Assembly (NCBI GenBank): GCA_011170375.1
Contig: DUEV01000009.1
Span: forward strand, 1,694 to 65,693
From: Dehalococcoidia bacterium
GTDB lineage: Bacteria; Chloroflexota; Dehalococcoidia; Dehalococcoidales; Fen-1064
Direction: 5' to 3'
Length of the DNA: 64,000 nt
Below the pieces are notes generated by a model, which saw only the letters and a program-made list of their open reading frames with translations, did not search any database and had not been told where the DNA came from. Position 1 is the first letter of the stretch, and every line of letters starts with the position of its first letter. The position numbers were made by a program, and so were the translations under genes. Positions 19,665-27,209 of the stretch are shown piece after piece.

Positions 19665-20533
19665 CCTTTGCTATCATTCTCAAGCATCGCCGAGAGAATG
19701 CTCCAGGTCCTTTCTATCTCCTCGGAGACTCTACCATCGGAATGCTCCACTACCGGTATTCCTTTGACAATCGACTGGGTTACAATATTATCAAAGGAAA
19801 TCTTCCCGGCTATTTTGACTCCTTGGTCCAAACAGCTACTCTCTATATGCTGTGTGTTTTCCTCATTCAGGTCGCATTTGTTTATGCAGACTAGGGGCAC
19901 TACGCCGAAGTGTCGGCAGACGCCAAGCACCCTCTCTAAATCGTGCATTCCAGAGAGAGTGGGCTCGGTCACCAGTAGAGCCAGATTGACTCCGGATAGC
20001 GACGAAATCACCGGACAGCCGATGCCTGGCGGACCGTCACTGATAATATAGTCCAAATTCCTCTCATTGGCAATTTGTTTGGCCTGCTGCCGGACTGCCG
20101 CTACCAGTTTTCCCGAGTTTTCTTGGGCGATTCCCAGACGGGCGTGAACCAGCGGTCCGTAACTGGTATCGGAGATGAACCAGTATCCAGACATATTCTC
20201 CCGCATAGTTATGGCTTCAACCGGGCATATGTGGGAGCAGAAGCCACAGCCCTCACAGGATACCGGATCAACCCTGAAATCCTTGATGGCATTAAAACGG
20301 CAAAGCTCCTGGCACAGACCACACTCAGTACAGCTGTCTTCATCTATACGAGCTACCTGGCCACTCCAGAACTCGCTTTTTTGTTGCTCTGAAGGGCTGA
20401 GTAGCAAATGGAGGTCGGCGGCATCCACATCGCAGTCGGCAAGCACCTTCCTTTTTGCCAAGGCAGCAAAGGAACCGACAATGGTGGTCTTTCCGGTACC
20501 TCCCTTACCGCTTAATACTATGATTTCTTTCAT
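19661..20533 (-). CDS. MinD/ParA-superfamily P-loop ATPase with inserted 2x[4Fe-4S] ferredoxin domain (COG1149-type)
   Basis: Walker A SGKGGTGKTT, and cluster motifs CTECGLCQELC and CEGCGFCSHICP. Confidence 0.85.
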   Translation of the reverse strand: MKEIIVLSGKGGTGKTTIVGSFAALAKRKVLADCDVDAADLHLLLSPSEQQKSEFWSGQVARIDEDSCTECGLCQELCRFNAIKDFRVDPVSCEGCGFCSHICPVEAITMRENMSGYWFISDTSYGPLVHARLGIAQENSGKLVAAVRQQAKQIANERNLDYIISDGPPGIGCPVISSLSGVNLALLVTEPTLSGMHDLERVLGVCRHFGVVPLVCINKCDLNEENTQHIESSCLDQGVKIAGKISFDNIVTQSIVKGIPVVEHSDGRVSEEIERTWSILSAMLENDSKG

Positions 20534-21372
20534 CCGTCAGTACTCTTCACTCTATTGTAAAGCTTCAGAAAGCTCTCCTTCCACTGCGGGAGCCCCTCGA
20601 CCAGAGGAATGCCCCGTGAATACAGGCGGGCAATCTCAATGTCCAAGGGAATAGTTAGTAGTACGGGAATATTCTCTTTCTTACAATACTCCTCTACTCT
20701 GCTGTCACCGACACCAGCACGATTGAGCACAACGCCGCAGGGGATGTTAAGTTCCCTCACCGTTTTGACGGCAAGGGCTAGGTCATTAAGCCCGAAGGGT
20801 GTTGGCTCCGTTACCAGCAAGCAAAAATCACTATCCTTAATGGCTTCCACTACTGGACAGGATGTCCCCGGCGGAACGTCGACGATAGCGGTGTCATCGT
20901 TGTTGGTATATTCCTTTACCTTCCTGATAACAGGTGGTGCCATCGCTTCGCCTACAGTGAGTTTACCCTGGACATAGCCCACACCATCCGCATGTCCCCA
21001 TTCAACAATCCCCGTTTCTCGACTCTCTTCGGAGATAGCATCTTCTGGACAGAGGTAGCTGCAGGCGCCACAGCCATGACATAGCTGGGGGAAGGTCAGC
21101 ACATGATTGCCCAGGACGGCAATGGCATTAAAGGCACATACCTGTGCACACTTACCACAGTAGGTACACTTGCTTTCGTCTACGCTGGGAACCAGTATTG
21201 ATACAGCTTCGCTGTCGACGATTTCGGGCTTTAGAAACACGTGGTCATTCGGCTCCTCCACGTCGCAGTCGAGAAGCTGCACCCTGTCAATATTCCTCAA
21301 AGAAAGGGCAAGGCTGGTGGCGACCAGGGTCTTACCCGTCCCTCCTTTGCCACTGGCAACTGATATAATCAT
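20530..21372 (-). CDS. MinD/ParA-superfamily P-loop ATPase with inserted 2x[4Fe-4S] ferredoxin domain (COG1149-type), paralog
   Basis: Walker A SGKGGTGKTL, and cluster motifs CTYCGKCAQVC and CHGCGACSYLCP. It overlaps the downstream paralog by 4 nt. Confidence 0.85.
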   Translation of the reverse strand: MIISVASGKGGTGKTLVATSLALSLRNIDRVQLLDCDVEEPNDHVFLKPEIVDSEAVSILVPSVDESKCTYCGKCAQVCAFNAIAVLGNHVLTFPQLCHGCGACSYLCPEDAISEESRETGIVEWGHADGVGYVQGKLTVGEAMAPPVIRKVKEYTNNDDTAIVDVPPGTSCPVVEAIKDSDFCLLVTEPTPFGLNDLALAVKTVRELNIPCGVVLNRAGVGDSRVEEYCKKENIPVLLTIPLDIEIARLYSRGIPLVEGLPQWKESFLKLYNRVKSTDG

Positions 21373-21409
21373 TCTAGCCTCTTAGACTAGTCCCGCTCCG
21401 GTGATGCAT

Positions 21410-22042
21410 CTATTTTTTCTTTTTTTCCAGCTCATCAATCCGGCGCTGGATTTCCGATAGCTGCTGAGCCATTGCTTGGGATTGGGCCTTAAGGGCGTCA
21501 AGTTCCTGCTCTGGGGACTGTGGCTGAGGTGCTGGGCCTGTAGGTGGACTCATGCCACCCCCCATCCCCATGCCTCTACCCATGCCACGGCCCATACCCA
21601 TACCACGGCCCATACCCATACCACGGCCCATGCCCCTGCCTCTGCCCATACCGGAGCCACCTCCCATCCCAGCCCCGCCACCCATACCAAAGTGGTCGGG
21701 CACGTTTGCCTGAGCGCTTGCCTGGAACTTGCCTGACTGGTAGCCCTCGATGACGTCCTTTATTTTACCAGAAATACCGGTCAATATTTGGATGCCGGCC
21801 GAGGACAACACCTGATAGGCGTTAGGCCCGCAGTTTCCGGTCAGGACAGCCTGCACACCCTTGTCGGCAATTGTCTGAGCAGCGGAGATACCGGCTCCAC
21901 CGGCTGCCATAGCACTGGAGTTGTCCATCGCCTCGAACTCCATTGTTGCCGGGTTGGCAATGATGAAATACTGGCAGCGTCCGAAACGGGGGTCAACCTC
22001 AGCATCTAATCCGGGACCGGTGGCTGAAATAGCAATCTTCAT
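21410..22042 (-). CDS. NifB/NifX-family domain protein fused to a Gly/Met/Arg-rich repeat and C-terminal coiled coil
   Basis: The N-terminal about 115 aa match the Nitro_FeMo-Co pattern (DPRFGRCQYF, GVQAVLTGNCGPNA). This is followed by GMGGGAGMGGGSGMGRGRGMGRGMGMGRGMGMGRGMGRGMGMGGGM and then the tail ELDALKAQSQAMAQQLSEIQRRIDELEKKKK. Confidence 0.8.
   Translation of the reverse strand: MKIAISATGPGLDAEVDPRFGRCQYFIIANPATMEFEAMDNSSAMAAGGAGISAAQTIADKGVQAVLTGNCGPNAYQVLSSAGIQILTGISGKIKDVIEGYQSGKFQASAQANVPDHFGMGGGAGMGGGSGMGRGRGMGRGMGMGRGMGMGRGMGRGMGMGGGMSPPTGPAPQPQSPEQELDALKAQSQAMAQQLSEIQRRIDELEKKKK
21585..21638. repeat. 18-nt tandem repeat (2 perfect units plus 1 degenerate) inside the CDS, encoding GMGRGM repeats
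   Basis: The unit CCACGGCCCATACCCATA occurs at 21585..21602 and 21603..21620, with a degenerate third unit at 21621..21638. Confidence 0.85.
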
Positions 22043-22045
22043 AGC

Positions 22046-22348
22046 TTATCCTTGCTCCTTCCCACTCTCTATTTCCTGTATCCTTGCCTCTATCTCTTTC
22101 AGGTCATCACTCATAGATTGGGACAGACCCCTAAGGTAATCGACCTCGTCTTGTCGGGATATCACTGGCGAGAATGGATAAGCTCCGCGATAAGGCACAC
22201 CCCACGGCACAGCGTATGGGTAGGGCATATATCGTGCCCTCCAGGCGTATCCCGGCCATACCGGCCGTATTGAGGTGGCGCAGAATCCTCTGCCGCCACC
22301 TGTCATCGGGCCTATCCCACGAGGACCGGTACCATCGAATCCTGGCAT
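22046..22348 (-). CDS. DUF5320 domain-containing protein
   Basis: The N-terminus MPGFDGTGPRGIGPMTGGGRGFC matches the DUF5320 signature. The C-terminal tail is a coiled coil, EVDYLRGLSQSMSDDLKEIEARIQEIE. Confidence 0.7.
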   Translation of the reverse strand: MPGFDGTGPRGIGPMTGGGRGFCATSIRPVWPGYAWRARYMPYPYAVPWGVPYRGAYPFSPVISRQDEVDYLRGLSQSMSDDLKEIEARIQEIESGKEQG

Positions 22349-22367
22349 GGTTGCCTCCTTTATAAGA

Positions 22368-22718
22368 TTAATCTTCCTTTTGTTCGCTCTCCAGACCCCT
22401 CATTCTGGACTCGATTTGCTCTAGCTGCTCCTTTACTGCCTCTGCCTGCTCCCTGAGGTAATCAAGCTCTTCTTCCCTGGTCATTTGGGGGGTGAAGGGT
22501 GCATATCCCGGGTAGGCAGGTTCTTGGCCGTAGAAGGGTGTCTGGTACGGCCATGGTTGCTCAGCACCAGGGCCACTGAAAAAATACCCGCAACGTGGTA
22601 GCCCTCCTCTACCTATCCCAACATAAGGCCAGGGAGGAGAAGCGCCTCGAAAGCCGAAGCCCATGCCTCTACCAAATCCACGGCCAAAGCCTCTTCCTCG
22701 TCCAAATCCATTAGGCAT
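22368..22718 (-). CDS. DUF5320-like protein with RG/FG-rich N-terminus
   Basis: The N-terminus is GRGRGFGRGFGRGMGFGFRG. The C-terminal tail is EELDYLREQAEAVKEQLEQIESRMRGLE. Confidence 0.6.
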   Translation of the reverse strand: MPNGFGRGRGFGRGFGRGMGFGFRGASPPWPYVGIGRGGLPRCGYFFSGPGAEQPWPYQTPFYGQEPAYPGYAPFTPQMTREEELDYLREQAEAVKEQLEQIESRMRGLESEQKED

Positions 22719-22745
22719 TTTTGACCTCCTCGAATGAACTTTTTT

Positions 22746-22955
22746 CTACCACCGTGGGTAGTAGTGGGGTGCGTACCAGCGCCTGCCGAAACCACGGCCT
22801 CTGCCACGGCCCCAGCCTCTCCAGCCAAAGCTGAACCACCGTCTTCGTGGCATCAGGCTGGCAAAACCGGGACGGCCGAAACCGGCGCAGTAGCCGGCAC
22901 CTCTTCCAGTCATTGGTCCCATTCCTCTGGGTCCAGTTCCATCTCCGAATGGCAT
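22746..22955 (-). CDS. DUF5320 domain-containing protein (short form)
   Basis: MPFGDGTGPRGMGPMTGRGAGYCAG signature followed by an RG-rich tail. It has no coiled coil. Confidence 0.65.
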   Translation of the reverse strand: MPFGDGTGPRGMGPMTGRGAGYCAGFGRPGFASLMPRRRWFSFGWRGWGRGRGRGFGRRWYAPHYYPRW

Positions 22956-23093
22956 TTACCTCACCTCCTCTTCACGCGATTTTTTTCATTTCATCAACAC
23001 TGACTGTCAAGATGCTCCTAATCGAAGCTGGTGTTTTCCTTGATTTTTGCCTCTGCCCAAAAGGCTGCTCTGACTCACGCTACAGTCAAACCC

Positions 23094-23567
23094 TTACCAG
23101 CCACGTCCTCCTCGATGGCGTCTCTTCCAACCACCTCTGCCCCGGCCCATCCCTGCGGGCAAGAGAGGCATTATACTCGGTGTTTCACACTCGGGGCAGG
23201 ACTCGGGTGGGGCAGATATCATGGCTTCAAAAGGAACATCCCATTCATGACCGTTAAGGCACTGGAACCGACTCCAGGCCATCTCAAAATTGCCACCCTC
23301 AATTCTCATTGCTTTTCCATTAAGGAGAGCGTTGGCTATTTTTTGCCGCGCGGAGGTCAAGACTCTTTGAAAGGTTGGGCGGGAGATATTCATTCTTTCC
23401 GCACCCTTCTCCTGTTCCAGACCTTCCAGGTCCTTGAGCCGTATTGCCTCAGCCTCCTCTACCGAGAGAACAATTTCGTCAAGGACTCTCAGTGGCACAC
23501 CGGTTGGCTTGAAATATGTTGTTTGTGGCAGGAATGCGACTCGGCGGCATTTTTGCGGTCTTGGCAT
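23094..23567 (-). CDS. DUF134 (UPF0251) family putative DNA-binding protein with C-terminal zinc ribbon and GR-rich tail
   Basis: The N-terminus MPRPQKCRRV....F.P.G is the DUF134 hallmark. An HTH-like segment (ISRPTFQRVLTSARQKIA) follows, then C..H...CPEC, and the tail GMGRGRGGWKRRHRGGRGW. Confidence 0.75.
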   Translation of the reverse strand: MPRPQKCRRVAFLPQTTYFKPTGVPLRVLDEIVLSVEEAEAIRLKDLEGLEQEKGAERMNISRPTFQRVLTSARQKIANALLNGKAMRIEGGNFEMAWSRFQCLNGHEWDVPFEAMISAPPESCPECETPSIMPLLPAGMGRGRGGWKRRHRGGRGW

Positions 23568-23592
23568 ATCTGAATCATTTCCTCGTTTATAT

Positions 23593-23606
23593 TGAGCATA
23601 TGCTCA
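23593..23606. promoter_or_regulatory. perfect 14-bp palindrome TGAGCATATGCTCA, candidate operator of the DUF134-led operon
   Basis: It lies 26 nt upstream of the DUF134 ATG, immediately downstream of the predicted -10 element at 23613..23618. Confidence 0.4.
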
Positions 23607-23612
23607 TAATGT

Positions 23613-23641
23613 ATATTAACATATGTCTATGTGTTAGTCAA
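23613..23641 (-). promoter_or_regulatory. sigma70-like promoter of the 19-gene operon (-35 TTGACT, 17 nt spacer, -10 TAATAT)
   Basis: The minus strand reads TTGACT-N17-TAATAT. A GAGGA RBS precedes the DUF134 ATG. Confidence 0.5.
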
Positions 23642-23713
23642 TATTGTCGAGGTAATGTCCGGGTGAGTTTGAATTACGCCGGATGCGGTGTATTACCTGA
23701 GAACACGAATAAG

Positions 23714-23758
23714 TTGTTAACCGTTAGGTTGTAGGTTGGAGTCCTACCCGGGGAGCCA
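23714..23758 (+). pseudogene. displaced 3' half of tRNA-Asn (anticodon loop to CCA), direct repeat of 12528..12572
   Basis: 42 of 45 nt are identical to the 3' part of the intact tRNA-Asn. There is no 5' half upstream. The roughly 95 nt downstream (to about 23860) also resemble the sequence downstream of the intact tRNA (12573..12670). Confidence 0.8.
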
Positions 23759-23964
23759 ATTATTTCTACCTAATTTAAGCTAATAACCTCGGGTGGCAGG
23801 TTTGGACCGCACCCAGGGGCATTTCTTCTGAGTCATTACAATCATGTCGTCATCCCGGTGTTTGTCTGATATAGAAATGTTCCCTTTATTAATTCATTTG
23901 ACGCTGAATGTGCAGAGTATGTATATTTGTAGGAATAGTTGCTCTCCGCACTGAAGGAGGCGTA

Positions 23965-25458
23965 ATGCAAAAGACAATAATGATAATTGGGGCTGGCTTA
24001 GCTGGCTTATCAGTCGGGTGCTACGGCCAGATGAATGATTACAACACCCGTATCTTCGAAATGCACGACAAGCCCAGGGGACTATGCACCTCCTGGAAAC
24101 GTAAGGGTTATACCTTTGATGGGTGCATCCATTGGCTGATGGGTTCCGGGTCTGGCAACTTCCACCGCTTATACGAGGAACTGGGGGCAGTACAGGGTCG
24201 ACGTATGATCAATCACGATGAGTGGATGCGCTTTGAAGGGCTCGAAGGAGAGACATTCATCGTATACACAAACCTCGAGCGCCTGGAACAGCATATGAAG
24301 GAACTGTCCCCTTCGGACGCCAGTGTAATCGAAGAGCTCTGTAATACTGCACGTTCCTTAACACCCCGTGATTTGCCGGTAGAAAAGCCCGCAGAGCTGA
24401 TGGGACTGTCTGACTTACTCAAGGTGATTAAGGCGATACCGATAATGCGAGTCATACGTCAGTACAGCAAGATATCAAATCAGGACTATGCGTCACGCTT
24501 CAGCAATCCTTTCTTGCGTGAGGTATTCCCATTGATATTAGATGATATGCCCAACTTGTCATTGATGGCCGTACTGTGGTTACTAACAAATTCACACATA
24601 CATAACGCAGGTTGGCCTGTCGGTGGCTCACTAGAATTTGCCCGATCCATAGAAAAGCGTTATCTTAGTCTGGGCGGTGAAGTGCAATACCATGCACCTG
24701 TTGAGAAAATCCTGGTCGAAAACGACCGTGCTATAGGTGTGCGCCTTGCTGACGGTACCGAGCATCACGCTGACCTGATTGTCTCCACTGCTGATGGTCA
24801 CACCACCATCTTTGACATGCTGGATGGCAAGTATGTCAATGACGAGATACGCTCCTACTATAATGAGTGGCCTATATACCAACCGATGATCCAGATCTCA
24901 CTAGGGGTAGCGCGCGACTTCTCGAATGAACCCCGTTCGGTGAAAATTCTTCTCGAGGAGCCGATCAATGTCGGCAACGAGGTTCGCAGCTGGCTACATT
25001 TCCATCACTACTGCCATGACCCTGCTATGGCCCCACCTGGTAAGTCTGTGGTCGTGTTTGAATTCCTGAATAATGACTATGCGTATTGGAAAGAGCTCTA
25101 TGAGGATCGTGAGCGCTACAAGGCAGAAAAAGAGCGTCTTGCTAATGCAGTTATTGACCAGCTGGAACGGTGTTTCCCCGGTGTCAAAGATGAAATAGAG
25201 GTCGTGGATGTAGCTACCCCGGTAACATACGAGCGCTACACCGGCACTTGGCAGGGTTCCTACATGGGCTGGGCTGATACTACCGGAAAGTTCGGTAAGT
25301 CCATGAGTAGAACACTTCCGGGACTGGGTAGTTTCTCTATGGCCGGACAATGGGTCTACTTTGGAGGCGGTGTACCCGGTGCAGTGATGTCGGGTCGGCA
25401 CTTGATACAAATTATCTGTAAAGAAGATAAGAAGAAGTTTGTAACCAGCGCTCCATGA
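23965..25458 (+). CDS. NAD(P)/FAD-dependent oxidoreductase, phytoene desaturase (CrtI)-like family
   Basis: The N-terminal dinucleotide motif is IIGAGLAGLSVG. The product is about 500 aa with a family-like C-terminus. I placed the start at MQKTIMIIGAG, which follows a GAAGGAGG RBS. Confidence 0.7.
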   Translation: MQKTIMIIGAGLAGLSVGCYGQMNDYNTRIFEMHDKPRGLCTSWKRKGYTFDGCIHWLMGSGSGNFHRLYEELGAVQGRRMINHDEWMRFEGLEGETFIVYTNLERLEQHMKELSPSDASVIEELCNTARSLTPRDLPVEKPAELMGLSDLLKVIKAIPIMRVIRQYSKISNQDYASRFSNPFLREVFPLILDDMPNLSLMAVLWLLTNSHIHNAGWPVGGSLEFARSIEKRYLSLGGEVQYHAPVEKILVENDRAIGVRLADGTEHHADLIVSTADGHTTIFDMLDGKYVNDEIRSYYNEWPIYQPMIQISLGVARDFSNEPRSVKILLEEPINVGNEVRSWLHFHHYCHDPAMAPPGKSVVVFEFLNNDYAYWKELYEDRERYKAEKERLANAVIDQLERCFPGVKDEIEVVDVATPVTYERYTGTWQGSYMGWADTTGKFGKSMSRTLPGLGSFSMAGQWVYFGGGVPGAVMSGRHLIQIICKEDKKKFVTSAP

Positions 25459-25476
25459 GGGTATTACTCCCCCTCC

Positions 25477-25531
25477 CCCCACCCCACCAGCGCAAATGCT
25501 CTGGAGAAATGGCCGGAATGTGACCAATAAC
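25477..25531. repeat. ~55-nt intergenic repeat, copy 1 (core CCCCACCCCACC-N-CGCAAATGCTCTGG)
   Basis: Aligns with 27111..27162 and 28397..28450 in the same orientation. Confidence 0.7.
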
Positions 25532-25579
25532 TCCTGGATATGCTTAACGCAAGCACTCGAGATTTGGAGAGGTCGGCCT

Positions 25580-27019
25580 TCAAGCTGCGCGTGTCTCTAG
25601 CGCATCGAGGACGTCGGCTGCAAAACGGGTGAGCCGGAAGCCACCCTGTCCTTGTTCGTCCATGATATCGAAACCACGGCGAACGATTACAACATTCCTT
25701 GAGGGAATAACCATGGAGTATTGGCCGCGAGCACCGGCTGCGGCGTAAACGCCCTCGGGCAAACCCTGCTTGGGGCCAAAGAGCCAGAATTGAGCGCCGT
25801 AGCCACGTCCGTCTGGCATTTGAGGCTGGTCGGGTGCCGGTGTAGCGACATATTCAGACCAACCTTCAGGAAGAATCCGTTCTCCGTTCCAGACCCCATC
25901 GTTGAGATAAAGAAGGCCAAACCGGGCAAAATCCCGGGCTGTGCTCCAGGCCTGCCCGGACATCAGGAAGTCACCGTTCCAATCCGTTTCAGTGTTTGTT
26001 CGGGTCATCCCAGTCTTCCAGAAGATTTCCTGAAAAGGAAATAGGTGAAAACGGGCATCATTTCTCATGGCAGTGCGTACGGCACGGACCGCCAGAATTG
26101 TGTCTGAGCCGGCATAGACCCATCGCTTACCCGGCATGCAGTCAAAGATATTGCGGGCAGAACGTTCAGCGGCAGCCACACCCCCAAAATACAGTTCTTG
26201 TTGAGGATTTCCAGCTCGTTCGGTATACAGGCCACTGCACATGTGTAACAGGTCGTTTATCGTGATTTGTCCTCGGGGGTCCCCAGGCGTGTGCCATTCA
26301 GGGAGGGGTGCCTTTTCATAGATATCAATTAGTCCCTGCTTCACAGCTGCACCAACAACCGATACGGCAAAGCCTTTGGCCGCTGAATTGGTTCGATGGG
26401 GTGTGTGCATGTCGTAACCACGATTATTGTCGTAGTGCTCACTTACTATCTTACCGTCCTTAACGATAACTACTCCCCACGTAATTCCACCATAGACCTC
26501 TCCGTCAAACGCGTTTTTCACAACACGATCCAGTGCATCAGCCTGTGTGGAGGGGAGCGTGACTGTCGCATCCTTATCTCCCTGAGGCCATGGTTCGTCA
26601 TCGGTGTTGGGTATAATAATATCTTCCGATAATCGTGGTAGGTATTTCACTGCATCCAGCGTGGCGCCAATGGGAAGCTGAGTTGAACCCAGACCGGGTC
26701 GCCAGGCAGCGATACGCGGTGGCATGTCCGGAAGATAGGTCACCGCCACAGTCTTGTTTCTTTCATCTATCTCAGCGGGCATTTCCGGGAAGAGGCTTTC
26801 CCATACGGGAGAAACGCCGGTAAACACATCGGCTTCAATCCTTTCTGGCGTGTGGCCGGCAGTAAAAATACCACTGCAATAATACATGGCCTTGTAGGCT
26901 GCGGCCATGGCCCTGACATGACGTCTCGTGTTCATTCCGGGACGTCTTCTTGGCTCTCGCCGAGCAACTGATGGCGATTCAACTGTGTTTATGTTCTCTC
27001 TGTCGCTTTCTGTCATCAT
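25580..27019 (-). CDS. serine hydrolase, beta-lactamase family
   Basis: SxxK motif (NSAAKGF) in a product of about 480 aa. I moved the start to the ATG that follows a GGGAGGAG RBS (ORF-track start 27034). Confidence 0.65.
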   Translation of the reverse strand: MMTESDRENINTVESPSVARREPRRRPGMNTRRHVRAMAAAYKAMYYCSGIFTAGHTPERIEADVFTGVSPVWESLFPEMPAEIDERNKTVAVTYLPDMPPRIAAWRPGLGSTQLPIGATLDAVKYLPRLSEDIIIPNTDDEPWPQGDKDATVTLPSTQADALDRVVKNAFDGEVYGGITWGVVIVKDGKIVSEHYDNNRGYDMHTPHRTNSAAKGFAVSVVGAAVKQGLIDIYEKAPLPEWHTPGDPRGQITINDLLHMCSGLYTERAGNPQQELYFGGVAAAERSARNIFDCMPGKRWVYAGSDTILAVRAVRTAMRNDARFHLFPFQEIFWKTGMTRTNTETDWNGDFLMSGQAWSTARDFARFGLLYLNDGVWNGERILPEGWSEYVATPAPDQPQMPDGRGYGAQFWLFGPKQGLPEGVYAAAGARGQYSMVIPSRNVVIVRRGFDIMDEQGQGGFRLTRFAADVLDALETRAA

Positions 27020-27110
27020 CTCCTCCCGTATCACCTGTTCAGGACCGTGGAATGGATAATCTGGCCCATATTATACCATTTCCTTCTCTTATAGAAAGCC
27101 CTTACTTTCC

Positions 27111-27162
27111 CTCGCCCCGCCGGCGCAAATGCTTTGGGAAATAGGCGTGTCTGGTCGATAAC
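27111..27162. repeat. ~55-nt intergenic repeat, copy 2
   Basis: CTCGCCCCGCCGGCGCAAATGCTTTGGGAAATAGGCG... aligns with copies 1 and 3. Confidence 0.7.
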
Positions 27163-27209
27163 CCGTTAATGTTAACCTGGAGACCGGTTATGGGCGCTTG
27201 TGCTCTCCC

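Noticed and set aside
21540-21680. Periodic short repeats that could suggest a CRISPR-like or satellite array
   Set aside because: The period is 18 nt with no spacers. The repeats lie inside an intact ORF and encode the GMGR tract, so this is a coding tandem repeat and not a CRISPR array.
12573-23713. Calling the tRNA-Asn-bracketed segment a mobile element feature
   Set aside because: The segment contains no integrase, transposase, conjugation or phage genes. It is therefore reported as a finding (island-like boundaries) and not annotated as a mobile_element.
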